From: an uncultured archaeon
GTDB lineage: Archaea > Iainarchaeota > Iainarchaeia > Iainarchaeales > 0-14-0-20-30-16
Length of the DNA: 28,744 nucleotides
Direction of reading: 5' to 3'
Assembly: GCA_964595665.1 (NCBI GenBank)
Contig: CAZQQS010000007.1
Coordinates: forward strand, 1 to 28,744
Shown: one piece after another, positions 8,323-17,452 of the stretch
Numbering within the stretch: position 1 is the first letter of the stretch
How the letters are laid out: every line of letters starts with the position of its first letter
The notes under the pieces: model-generated
Seen by the model: the letters and a program-made list of their open reading frames with translations, nothing else
Database searches by the model: none
Told to the model about the DNA's origin: nothing
Made by a program: the position numbers and the translations under genes

Positions 8323-9817
8323 ATTTGTCTAACACCCATAATTTGTTTGATTCTTGAAAGAAATCTTCTATTTTTAACATCTTTGTAGATAATTCTTCCA
8401 ACCTTTTTCTATAAATTTTAAATATCTTATCAAAATCTCTTTTGTAAGTTATTTCTATTTTATTTTTTAATCTAATACTTTTGTTTAAATTAAGCCATTC
8501 ATTATTTGAGAAATCATATTGATAGATAGGTACAATTTGATTATCAATTATTTCAGAGATTTCTATAATCTTTCGCAATTCTTTTTGTGAATTTGTTTGT
8601 ATATCTATAGTATTCCATCGCCTTTGCATAATTATTAAATCTATTGCAGAAATATCTTGTTCTAATGCACCCAATTTTTTTAATCTTTCTAAACAATCTT
8701 TTGTAGATAATGCGTGAAATGTTGCATATGATCCTTTTCCTTGACCAGCTAACATTGTATCTATAAATGAATTAATTTCTTCTTTAGTTCTAATTTCTCC
8801 AACTATTAATCTATCGGGTCGCATTCTTAATGTTGAAATAATTAATTCATTCATATTAATTCCTTTTTTTTCATCTATTTTTAATCTTATTTTATGTTCA
8901 TGAGGAATATTTACTTCTGGAGTTTCTTCACAGATAATTATTCTTTCATTTTGTTGTACAAATGAAAATATTGCGTTTAAAGTTGTTGTTTTTCCAGAAC
9001 CGGTATTGCCAGCAATTAGGATATTAGAATCAGTTTGCATCGCTAACCATAAGAATGTTGCAACATCTTTTGAAAAAGTATTATAATTAATTAAATCTAT
9101 TGGGGTTAAAGGATTGAATTTAAACTTTCTTAAAGTAATTATTGGGTCTTTATTTGATATTGGAGAAATTATTGCATTTAATCTCGAACCATTTGGTAGA
9201 GATGCATTTAATAAAGGATTGTTTAAAGAAATTTGTCTTCCAACACTTCGAGACATTTTATTTATTAATTCTTTAACATATTCTTCATCATTAAAATAAA
9301 AATTTGCTTTTGTCCAACCAACATTTGCAATATAAACATATATTGGAGAATTTGTTCCTAAACCAATAATTGCTATTTCTTCTATTTTATCTTTATCTTG
9401 AATTAATGGTGTTAATGGCCCGAAATAATTAATCTCAAAGTTTATTAAATTAAATAAATATTTTTTTTGTTCTGCATCTAAGATCATTTTCTTATTACTT
9501 AAAAAATCAATAAAATAGTTTTGTAATTCATCTTCATTATTATTAAAAGGTATTGCTTTAATATAATTAAAAAAATCTAAAAAGAATATTTTTTCGGAAT
9601 TTGATAGTTTTACAATGTCTTTAAATAATATTTTTGGAGAATCTTTGTCAAAAACAATATATTCTTTAGTTTCTAAGATAATTTCATTTGTAAAGTTTTC
9701 TAACATTTTTTTGGAAAATAGACAATCATATCCTAAGTTTATTTTTGAATGCAAATTAGTATTTTTATGTTCTAAGGGCTTTTCAGCTTTATTTTTGAGC
9801 CCAAACTCAAAAACCAT
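8303..9817 (-). CDS. Type IV filament / secretion ATPase (FlaI/ArlI, TadA, VirB11 superfamily)
   Basis: Walker A GNTGSGKTTTLNA, Asp box ERIIICEETPE, Walker B RPDRLIVGEIR and His box GSYATFHA are all present in the canonical order. Confidence 0.85.
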   Translation of the reverse strand: MVFEFGLKNKAEKPLEHKNTNLHSKINLGYDCLFSKKMLENFTNEIILETKEYIVFDKDSPKILFKDIVKLSNSEKIFFLDFFNYIKAIPFNNNEDELQNYFIDFLSNKKMILDAEQKKYLFNLINFEINYFGPLTPLIQDKDKIEEIAIIGLGTNSPIYVYIANVGWTKANFYFNDEEYVKELINKMSRSVGRQISLNNPLLNASLPNGSRLNAIISPISNKDPIITLRKFKFNPLTPIDLINYNTFSKDVATFLWLAMQTDSNILIAGNTGSGKTTTLNAIFSFVQQNERIIICEETPEVNIPHEHKIRLKIDEKKGINMNELIISTLRMRPDRLIVGEIRTKEEINSFIDTMLAGQGKGSYATFHALSTKDCLERLKKLGALEQDISAIDLIIMQRRWNTIDIQTNSQKELRKIIEISEIIDNQIVPIYQYDFSNNEWLNLNKSIRLKNKIEITYKRDFDKIFKIYRKRLEELSTKMLKIEDFFQESNKLWVLDKYEDSRK

Positions 9818-9929
9818 TATTATAATTCCTATTAGGATATATTTAAATTTATCTTGGATTTTGCATTAAAATAGTTACAAATACTTAAAAACCTACCTTA
9901 TATATATTATATAAATTTACGATTAAGGG

Positions 9930-11387
9930 ATGAAAATGGAGTTTACAAGTGAAGAAATTATTTGCTTAGAGCATTTAGATAATAATTTACAAACTTTTGA
10001 AGACTTGGCTTTGAAATCTAATTTAAATATTGATTCAATAAGAAGAGCCATAGGAGTTTTACAACAAAAGAATTTAGTTGATTTAAAAAAGGATGAATTT
10101 ATAAGTTATAAATTGAGTAAATTTGGTCAATTATATTTGAAAGATAAATTTCCTGAAGAAGTTATATCTGAGATCTTAAAAAAAGAAACCTCTTTAGAAG
10201 ATTTTAGAAAAGCATTAAAAGAAAAATCTGGTTTTATTATTGGTTATGGTTTAAAGAATAAATTATTTAAAGTCGAAAATAATTTGGTTATTTTGGAAAA
10301 GCAAATAGATATTAATTATTATAAGGATTTAAAATTGGCTTTAGAAAGTTTTGTTTCTAATAGTTATTCTGATAACGATTTAAATTTATTAAAAAAAGAA
10401 AATTTGTTAGAGGAAGTTAAAAAGAATGTTTTTTATGTTAAGAAAAATGAATCTGCAAATGATTTAAAAGACATAAATACAAATAAAACTGAGAATTATT
10501 TAACGCAAGATATTTTAAAATCAGGAAATATAGATATTAAGTTTAAGCCATATAATGTTGTTGCCGATGTAGAATCTTTATCTATAGGTAAATATCAACC
10601 ATATATGCGATTCTTAAATTTAATAAAAAATAAATTAGTTGGTATGGGTTTTGAAGAAATGCATACAAATTATATTACAACAGAATTTTATAATTTTGAT
10701 GTGTTATTTCAACCACAAAATCATTCGGCAAGAACTTGGACTGATACCTATAGTTTGAAGAATCCAAATAAATTAGAATTAAAAGAATTAGATTTAATAA
10801 AAAAAATAAAAGATGTTCATGAAAAAGGTAATAAAGAATCTAAAGGATGGAGATATTCTTGGGATTTGGAAGTTGCACAAAAATTAATGCCTTCAGCTCA
10901 TGGTACTGCTTGGAGTGCAAAACAAATGTCTTTAGGTATAAATGAAAATAAAAAATATTTTGCAATTGCGCGAGTATTTAGGCCAGATGTTTTAGATGCA
11001 ACTCATTTAAATGAGTTTAATCAATTAGAAGGATTTGTTACTGGTGATAATATTTCTTTTAAGAATTTATTAGGTTTATTAAAAGAATTTGCTAAAGAGG
11101 TTGCAGGTGCTGATGAAGTGTTTTTTATGCCGGGATATTATCCATTTACTGAGCCCAGTGTTTCATTATTTGCAAGACATAAAGATTTGGGTTTAATAGA
11201 ATTGGGTGGGGCAGGAATATTTAGGCCAGAAATAACAGAAACTTTGGGAATTAAAGGTAGAGTTATTGCTTGGGGTTTAGGTATTGATAGACTAGCAATG
11301 TTTAGATTAGGAATAAATGATATTAGAGATTTATTTACAAATAAATTAGATTGGTTGCGAGATAAACCAATCTTAAAGGATATTTAA
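9930..11387 (+). CDS. pheS: Phenylalanyl-tRNA synthetase alpha subunit (archaeal/eukaryal type)
   Basis: Class II motifs are FRPDVLDATHLNEFNQLEG, GAGIFRPE and GLGIDRLAM. The long N-terminal wHTH-like extension is typical of archaeal PheS (485 aa). Confidence 0.92.
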   Translation: MKMEFTSEEIICLEHLDNNLQTFEDLALKSNLNIDSIRRAIGVLQQKNLVDLKKDEFISYKLSKFGQLYLKDKFPEEVISEILKKETSLEDFRKALKEKSGFIIGYGLKNKLFKVENNLVILEKQIDINYYKDLKLALESFVSNSYSDNDLNLLKKENLLEEVKKNVFYVKKNESANDLKDINTNKTENYLTQDILKSGNIDIKFKPYNVVADVESLSIGKYQPYMRFLNLIKNKLVGMGFEEMHTNYITTEFYNFDVLFQPQNHSARTWTDTYSLKNPNKLELKELDLIKKIKDVHEKGNKESKGWRYSWDLEVAQKLMPSAHGTAWSAKQMSLGINENKKYFAIARVFRPDVLDATHLNEFNQLEGFVTGDNISFKNLLGLLKEFAKEVAGADEVFFMPGYYPFTEPSVSLFARHKDLGLIELGGAGIFRPEITETLGIKGRVIAWGLGIDRLAMFRLGINDIRDLFTNKLDWLRDKPILKDI

Positions 11388-11396
11388 GGGATCATT

Positions 11397-13052
11397 ATGC
11401 CAGTTATTGAATTTACTAAAAAGGATTTTGAGAATTTATTAGGTTTTGCGATTGAGGATACTCAATTAGAAACTTATTTTATACCCGCTAAAGGTGAATT
11501 AGATGATTTATCTGATGGTGTAATTAAAGCCGAGATTTCAGATTCTAATAGACCAGATTTGTGGGGTGTAGAAGGTATTGTTAGAGAATTAAAAGCCCAT
11601 TTAGGTTTGGAAAATAGTTTGCATAAATATAATTTTAAAAAAAGTGATTATACTGTAGAGGTTTCAGGTTTAAAAGGTATAAGACCTAAAGCATCTTATT
11701 GTGTTATTAAGAATGTTAATATGAATGAAGACCTATTAGTAAGTTTAATTAATATGCAAGAAAAAATTGCAGGAACTTTTGGTAAAAAAAGAAAAGAAAT
11801 TGCTATAGGTATTTTTGATTTAGATAAAATAAATGGTAAACATTTAAAGTATTATGCTGCTGATAAAAAAACAAAATTTGTTCCTTTAGGATTTTCTCAA
11901 GAATTAACTTTAGAGGACATATTAAAAGAGCATAAAAAGGGTTTGGAATTTGGAGATTTATTAAAAGAATTTAACAAATACCCTTTATTGGTAGATGAAA
12001 AAAACGAAGTATTGTCTATGCCTCCAATTATTAATTCAAATAATTCTGGTAAGGTAGAATTAGATTCTAAAAATTTGTTTGTAGATATTACTGGATTAGA
12101 TCAAGAAAAAGTGGATACTGCTTTAATTATTTTTGCTTATGCTTTTTCAGATAGGGGTGCAGAAGTAGAATTAGTTGAAATAAATTACATTGATGAAAAT
12201 AAAAAATATTTATTAAATTTAAAACCTTTTGAAATGAGTTTTGGTAAGTCTAAAATCTATGATTATTTAGGAGAAAAAATTTCTGATGAACGAATAAAAG
12301 AATTGTTAGAAAGAAAAAATTATTCTGTTGAGATTGTTGGACAAAATTTGAAATTAAAATATCCAAAATATAGGCAAGATATTTTACATCCAGTAGATGT
12401 AATTGAAGATTTAATTATTGAATATGGGTATAATATTTTAGCGCCAGAAAAAATAAATTTTTATACTAATGGAAAATTATTAAGAGAAACCGAATTTGGA
12501 AATTTAGTAAGAGAAATTTGTGTTGGAATGCAATTACAAGAAGTAGTAACTTTCACATTAACATCTAAGAAAAAACAATATGAAAATTTGCAAGCATCAA
12601 ATACTCATGCGGTAGAATTAGCAAATCCTATGAGTGAAAGTATTTCTATTTTTAGAGAACATTTGTTGCCAGAAGTAATTGAATTTTTAACTAAGAATCA
12701 ACACATTTCTTATCCTCAAAACATATTTGAATATGGTAAATCTTTGAGAGTTGAAAATAATAAAGTTATTGAAGAAAATCATTTGTTTGTTGGATTGTGT
12801 GCAAATAAAATTAGTTATACAGATATAAAGCAAAAATTAGATGCTTTTTTGAAGAATATTGGGGCCTCAGATATAAAATATGTTGCATTGAATTACCCAT
12901 TTTGTATAGAAAAGAGAAGTGCAAAAGTTACATTTAATTTAAATAATAAAACTTTCGAAGGTGTGATAGGAGAATTATCTCCAAAAACATTATTAAATTA
13001 TGGTTTAAATATGCCTTTAGCTTGCTTCGAAATTTGTTTACAAAGGGATTAA
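11397..13052 (+). CDS. pheT: Phenylalanyl-tRNA synthetase beta subunit (archaeal type)
   Basis: It lies 9 nt after pheS and is 551 aa, the typical archaeal PheT size. SDSNRPDLWGVEGIVRELK and PPIINS match B3/B4-B5 domain motifs. Confidence 0.88.
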   Translation: MPVIEFTKKDFENLLGFAIEDTQLETYFIPAKGELDDLSDGVIKAEISDSNRPDLWGVEGIVRELKAHLGLENSLHKYNFKKSDYTVEVSGLKGIRPKASYCVIKNVNMNEDLLVSLINMQEKIAGTFGKKRKEIAIGIFDLDKINGKHLKYYAADKKTKFVPLGFSQELTLEDILKEHKKGLEFGDLLKEFNKYPLLVDEKNEVLSMPPIINSNNSGKVELDSKNLFVDITGLDQEKVDTALIIFAYAFSDRGAEVELVEINYIDENKKYLLNLKPFEMSFGKSKIYDYLGEKISDERIKELLERKNYSVEIVGQNLKLKYPKYRQDILHPVDVIEDLIIEYGYNILAPEKINFYTNGKLLRETEFGNLVREICVGMQLQEVVTFTLTSKKKQYENLQASNTHAVELANPMSESISIFREHLLPEVIEFLTKNQHISYPQNIFEYGKSLRVENNKVIEENHLFVGLCANKISYTDIKQKLDAFLKNIGASDIKYVALNYPFCIEKRSAKVTFNLNNKTFEGVIGELSPKTLLNYGLNMPLACFEICLQRD

Positions 13053-14069
13053 ATGTTTTCTTCTATTAAGCAACAAATTGATAAATATTCAGAGTATTTG
13101 GATACTAATAAAACTATTGCTTTGGATGTGAAAAAACAATTAATTGAAAATAAGTTTAAAGGGTTTATAGAAGCACCAATTCAGAAAATTAATTTTCAAA
13201 AAGAGGGAAAAGTTTTGGGCGTAGATTCTGGTTTTATTGATTCTAGATTAACTGGTTTGGATTTTTGTTATATTAAAAGTGCTGGATCTTATTTTGAATA
13301 TAATGAAACTTTAGTTAAGTATGATAGATTAACTTTGCCAAAATATTCTTTTAAGATTTCCGAATCAATTTTACAAAAAGATGATGTTCATAAATTTGTT
13401 TCAATTAATAGATTAAGAGAAGAATTAAATTTATTATATGAGGGAATAAAAAATAAAAATCCAGAATATGCATTAATTGATGGGAATATTTTGCCACAAG
13501 CTGTAGATAGACCCCAAAATAATAGTGAATTATATTCAGATTATGAAAATTTATTACAAGATTTTGTTAAACTATATGATTTAGCAAAATCACAAGATAT
13601 TTGTTTGTTGGGCACAGTAGAAGATTCAAGAGCAAACTCATTTTTAAAATTGATTAATGAAAAAGATAAAAAAGTAGATGATATTTTATTTTTAAATTTT
13701 TTATTAGAAGATTATGAAGCCATATCTTTCTTTCCAATTTTTAGTGTTGAAAGTAATTTAATTTATAATGATTTGAAAGCTTATGGGGAATATTCTTTTT
13801 TAGCATCTTATTTTAAATTACCAGAAGATTATCCATTAAGAATTGAGTTATTAAATAATAATTATTCTTTAGAAAGATTAAGTAAAATAAGAAATTTTAT
13901 AGCTTATATTTCTAGTTTTACTAAAAGATATACTTATCCATCAGTATTAATAGATGCCGACAAACAAGCTAAATTAAATAATTCGGAAATTGGAATTGTA
14001 AAGAGTTTAGTAGAAAGTGCAATATTATCAAAAGGAATAAAACATTTAAGAAGAGAAAGAAGAATTTAG
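13053..14069 (+). CDS. nurA: NurA-domain nuclease-like protein
   Basis: Three acidic motifs sit in NurA order: VLGVDSGFID, EYALIDGNILPQ and LLGTVEDSRANSF. The size (338 aa) fits. The ATG directly abuts the pheT stop (TAAATG). Confidence 0.5.
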   Translation: MFSSIKQQIDKYSEYLDTNKTIALDVKKQLIENKFKGFIEAPIQKINFQKEGKVLGVDSGFIDSRLTGLDFCYIKSAGSYFEYNETLVKYDRLTLPKYSFKISESILQKDDVHKFVSINRLREELNLLYEGIKNKNPEYALIDGNILPQAVDRPQNNSELYSDYENLLQDFVKLYDLAKSQDICLLGTVEDSRANSFLKLINEKDKKVDDILFLNFLLEDYEAISFFPIFSVESNLIYNDLKAYGEYSFLASYFKLPEDYPLRIELLNNNYSLERLSKIRNFIAYISSFTKRYTYPSVLIDADKQAKLNNSEIGIVKSLVESAILSKGIKHLRRERRI

Positions 14070-14413
14070 TTTTTTGATTTTTTAAAATTGAATAATTTTT
14101 TATTAACATTATCTAAAGTATTATTCCAGTTTAATTCAATCTCATTAGTTGCTAAATCTTTAGCTGTAAATTCATCATTACCTTCAGCCAAATATAATTT
14201 TTTTAAAGTATCTAAAGCGTGCCGAGTTGTAAATCCCAATAATATTGTAGCCTCTAAGATGTTAGAAGCATGAATTCCTGTTTCTTTGAAAGCCCTCCTT
14301 GTTAACTCTTTAGAAATATTAGAATTATTGTCAAAAGGCTCTTTTTTAGGTCGTTCAGTTTTTCTAGAAACGGGTTTCCTTTTAGCGGGTTTTTCTCTAG
14401 TTCGTTTATACAT
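14066..14413 (-). CDS. Hypothetical protein with highly basic N-terminus
   Basis: Only long ORF in this interval. The N-terminal 25 aa are K/R/P-rich (MYKRTREKPAKRKPVSRKTERPKKEP). The 3' end overlaps nurA by 4 nt in convergent orientation. No family recognised. Confidence 0.4.
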   Translation of the reverse strand: MYKRTREKPAKRKPVSRKTERPKKEPFDNNSNISKELTRRAFKETGIHASNILEATILLGFTTRHALDTLKKLYLAEGNDEFTAKDLATNEIELNWNNTLDNVNKKLFNFKKSKN

Positions 14414-14549
14414 ACTATAATTGGTATGGATGAGTATAAAAATATTGTGTAAGTAATAGTAAATAAGATTTAAGATTATAGGTATAATTTAAATAATGAA
14501 ATTATATTATTTATTTACCTATTTGTAATTAATTTGGGAGATGTAATTT

Positions 14550-14798
14550 ATGGTTATTAAAAAAGATTTGAGTAAAAAACCAAAAGAAAGTATAGACTTT
14601 TATGAAGAAAAAGTATATGGTTGTTTAGAAAAATATGAAAAAGATAATGGTGTAGTAAAGGTTATTGATGAGAAATTTATTACTAAGTTTAAAACATATT
14701 TGGATAAATGTTTTGACGATTATGAAATAGATTTAGAAGATGGTATTTGCACTATTACAACTAATGGTTATGAAATAGCTATAGGATTAGATAACTAA
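14550..14798 (+). CDS. Small acidic hypothetical protein (82 aa)
   Basis: GGGAG lies 8 nt upstream of the ATG. A terminator hairpin overlaps its stop codon. No family recognised. Confidence 0.4.
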   Translation: MVIKKDLSKKPKESIDFYEEKVYGCLEKYEKDNGVVKVIDEKFITKFKTYLDKCFDDYEIDLEDGICTITTNGYEIAIGLDN

Positions 14799-14820
14799 TC
14801 CTATAATTTATTTATTTTTT
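14781..14820. terminator. Hairpin plus T-run between convergent genes
   Basis: ATAGGATTA (14781-14789) pairs with TAATCCTAT (14796-14804) across a 6-nt loop that spans the stop codon. T-rich AATTTATTTATTTTTT follows. Confidence 0.5.
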
Positions 14821-15075
14821 CTTAGGGTTACAAGCTTTGCATTTACACTTAACCATAAAGAATACAATTAAAGCACCAATTGCACTAAAAGCATTTGCTA
14901 TAGCTAAAGATAAATTTGTTTTATAGCTATCTATGATTAATAATAATATTCCTAAGAATTGCAATCCAGCAAATATTTTACTAATATTAGTATCTTTTTT
15001 AGCTAATTTTATAATTTGAATAATCCAACTGATTATTATTAATCCTAAACCGATTATTGAAACATAAGCCAACAT
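14812..15075 (-). CDS. Small membrane protein (3 predicted TM) with C-terminal CKCKAC cluster
   Basis: GGAGGAG lies 7 nt upstream of the ATG. There are three hydrophobic segments. The C-terminus is VKCKCKACNPKKK. Confidence 0.5.
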   Translation of the reverse strand: MLAYVSIIGLGLIIISWIIQIIKLAKKDTNISKIFAGLQFLGILLLIIDSYKTNLSLAIANAFSAIGALIVFFMVKCKCKACNPKKK

Positions 15076-15136
15076 TTAAATCTCCTCCGCTTCATTGAAG
15101 CATAGCTTATATAAATTGTAAAAGTATAAATATATT

Positions 15137-16360
15137 ATGTATTTTACAAACACTAAACCTTTAAAAGGAACTATGAAGCATCGTTATTCTGATTTTATAG
15201 TTCAAGAAATAGATTTTCAAGGAAATATTTGCAGAAATTTACCAGAAGGCATAATAGAAGAAATGAATATACCTGAAAATATAGAAAATAAACAATTTTT
15301 ACATCTTACAATGCAAAAAGCTAATTTTGATGTTCAAAATGTTGTAAAAGGTTTGGCACTAAATCAAAAATGTGGTAAAAATAGAATTGGATTTGCTGGT
15401 TTAAAAGATAAAAGAGGAATTACTAGTCAAAGAATATCTATTTTCGAACCAAATATTGAACAATTAAAAAAGTTTAAACAAAATATGATTAAATTATTTG
15501 ATTTTTATTGGTACGATACTAAAATAGATTTAGGCGATTTAAAAGGTAATTTTTTTACTTTGATAATACGAGATATTGATTTGTCAAAAGAAGAAATTGA
15601 AGAAATATTTTATAAATTTAAAGAACAAATTAAAGATGGAATACCAAATTATTTTGGTGAACAAAGATTTGGGGGCATAAGACAAGTAACTCATAAAGTA
15701 GGCAAGTTATTATTTCAAGGAGAATTAAAAGAAGCAGTTTTATTATATTTAAGTGCAACTCATGAAAAAGAAAAAGAAGATATAAAAGAGGCAAGAGAAT
15801 TAGCCAAACAAGAAAAATATAATGAGGCATTTAAAAAATTTCAAGGAATGGAATTTAGGTATGAGCGAGCAATCTTAAATTCATTAATTAAAGAGCCAAA
15901 TGATTTTGTTAAAGCATTTCAACAATTGCCAAAAAATTTAATGATTTTATTCCCACACGCATATCAAAGTTATTTGTTTAATAAATATTTAGATTTGCGA
16001 ATTTCTAAAGGTTTGTTTAATACAAAATTAAATGATGATGTTATAATTGATAATGAAATTCAAGGTCCATTATTTGGGTTTGAGTATAATATTACTGAAG
16101 GTAAAAATGGAGAATTAATAAAACAAGTTTTATTAGATGAGCAAATAGATTTAGATTTTTTTAAAGTTAAGAATTTCCCACAAATGTCTGTTCAAGGTTC
16201 TAATAGAAATATATCTTTACAAATAAATGATTTACAATTATTAGAAATAAAAGATGATGAATTCTTTCCTGAGAAGCGAAGCTTGAAAATATCATTTTCA
16301 TTAATAAAGAATTCATATGCAACAACAGTATTAAATGAATTAATGAAAAATATTGAGTGA
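15137..16360 (+). CDS. truD: tRNA pseudouridine synthase TruD/Pus7 family (psi13)
   Basis: The N-terminal YSDFIVQEI motif is present, as is the catalytic-Asp motif GFAGLKDKRGITSQ and the downstream NYFGEQRFG motif. A TATA-like CTTATATAAA at 15106-15115 sits about 25 nt upstream of the ATG with no SD, suggesting a leaderless transcript. Confidence 0.85.
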   Translation: MYFTNTKPLKGTMKHRYSDFIVQEIDFQGNICRNLPEGIIEEMNIPENIENKQFLHLTMQKANFDVQNVVKGLALNQKCGKNRIGFAGLKDKRGITSQRISIFEPNIEQLKKFKQNMIKLFDFYWYDTKIDLGDLKGNFFTLIIRDIDLSKEEIEEIFYKFKEQIKDGIPNYFGEQRFGGIRQVTHKVGKLLFQGELKEAVLLYLSATHEKEKEDIKEARELAKQEKYNEAFKKFQGMEFRYERAILNSLIKEPNDFVKAFQQLPKNLMILFPHAYQSYLFNKYLDLRISKGLFNTKLNDDVIIDNEIQGPLFGFEYNITEGKNGELIKQVLLDEQIDLDFFKVKNFPQMSVQGSNRNISLQINDLQLLEIKDDEFFPEKRSLKISFSLIKNSYATTVLNELMKNIE

Positions 16361-16365
16361 TTTTT

Positions 16366-16575
16366 ATGGATTGTAAAAAAGAATTAAATAAAAAGAATTG
16401 TGCTTGCACTTATTTGAGTTGTAATAGAAGAGGCATATGTTGTGAATGTATAGCATATCATTTGAAAAATAATGAATTGCCAGGATGTGCATTTGCAAAA
16501 TTAGATAAAAAAGCAGAAGCTAATTATGATAGAAGTTTTGAGTATTTTGCAAAATTAGTTTTAGAAAATAAGTGA
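16366..16575 (+). CDS. Small Cys-rich protein (8 Cys in the first 43 aa), DUF6485-like
   Basis: MDCKKELNKKNCACTYLSCNRRGICCECIAYHLKNNELPGCAF has the pattern C..C.C.....C......CC.C............C. I recall this pattern from an uncharacterised family. GTGAT lies upstream of the ATG at 16366. The GTG at 16357 overlaps the truD stop. Confidence 0.55.
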   Translation: MDCKKELNKKNCACTYLSCNRRGICCECIAYHLKNNELPGCAFAKLDKKAEANYDRSFEYFAKLVLENK

Positions 16576-16579
16576 TATT

Positions 16580-17422
16580 ATGCACAATATTTTTATTCAG
16601 AATGAGAAAGAATTAAATGAAAAAATTGAACAAATTAAAAAAGATGGCAAAGAGAATTTGTATATAATTTCTGATTTTGATAACACATTAAGTAAAGCTT
16701 ATGTAAATGGTAAAAAGATGGATTCTATGATTGCCCAAATTAGACATATGGGTTATTTGGGAGAAGAATATACTAAATTAGCTTATGATTTACATGCCAA
16801 ATATTATCCAATTGAAATTGATCCAAATATTCCTCAAGAAATAAAAAATGAGAAAATGATTGAATGGTGGTCTGAACACATAAGAATTCAAGCAGAATAT
16901 GGATTAAATAAAAAAATCTTAGATGAAGTAATTGAAAAAAGTGATTTTACTTTAAGAGAAAAAATAAATGATTTTTTTAATATTTTAAAAAATAATAATA
17001 TTCCAATATTGATTTTTTCTGCAGGCGCAAATTATTTTATAAATGGTTTTTTGCGAAAGAATAACATTTCTTTTGAAAATGTATTTATTATTTCTAACGA
17101 CCATAATTTTGATTCAGATGGTAAGGTTTTAGGATATAAATCAAAAATAATTCATACTTTTAATAAAGGCGAAGTTGCAATAAAAGATAATTTAGAATAT
17201 AGTAAAATTTTGCATAGAAAAAACATTATTTTGTTGGGGGATTCTTTAGGAGATTTGGATATGTCTAAAGGTGTAGAGCATAGAACAAAAATAACTATTG
17301 GATTTTATAATCCTCCAGACACTAAACACTTAGAGGAACACAAAAAAAGATTTGATATTGTAATAACAAATGATTCTGATATGAGTTATGTAAATGATTT
17401 ATTAAAAAACATTTTGGAATAG
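16580..17422 (+). CDS. HAD-superfamily cytosolic 5'-nucleotidase III family (UMPH-1 / NT5C3-like pyrimidine or m7G 5'-nucleotidase)
   Basis: HAD motif I is SDFDNTLS. Motifs shared collinearly with NT5C3 are KYYPIEIDP, MIEWW, IPILIFSAG, IIHTFNK and NIILLGDSLGDLDM, and the C-terminus DIVITNDSDM...LLKNIL also corresponds. Confidence 0.8.
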   Translation: MHNIFIQNEKELNEKIEQIKKDGKENLYIISDFDNTLSKAYVNGKKMDSMIAQIRHMGYLGEEYTKLAYDLHAKYYPIEIDPNIPQEIKNEKMIEWWSEHIRIQAEYGLNKKILDEVIEKSDFTLREKINDFFNILKNNNIPILIFSAGANYFINGFLRKNNISFENVFIISNDHNFDSDGKVLGYKSKIIHTFNKGEVAIKDNLEYSKILHRKNIILLGDSLGDLDMSKGVEHRTKITIGFYNPPDTKHLEEHKKRFDIVITNDSDMSYVNDLLKNILE

Positions 17423-17452
17423 TTTTTTATACTCTTTTAATATACTATATTT

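Noticed and set aside
9114-9869. Track ORFs 9114..9299 (+) and 9615..9869 (+).
   Set aside because: They are antisense to the FlaI/TadA-like ATPase gene. The second merely runs through its 5' end into the promoter region. No SD and no recognisable family.
14088-14273. Track ORF 14088..14273 (+).
   Set aside because: It is antisense to the 115-aa basic protein ORF. It is shorter, has no SD and would overlap the nurA stop region. I kept the longer minus-strand ORF, though neither is certain.
15630-16409. Track ORFs 15630..15830 (-) and 16200..16409 (-).
   Set aside because: They are antisense to truD. The translations are leucine and isoleucine runs typical of shadow frames.
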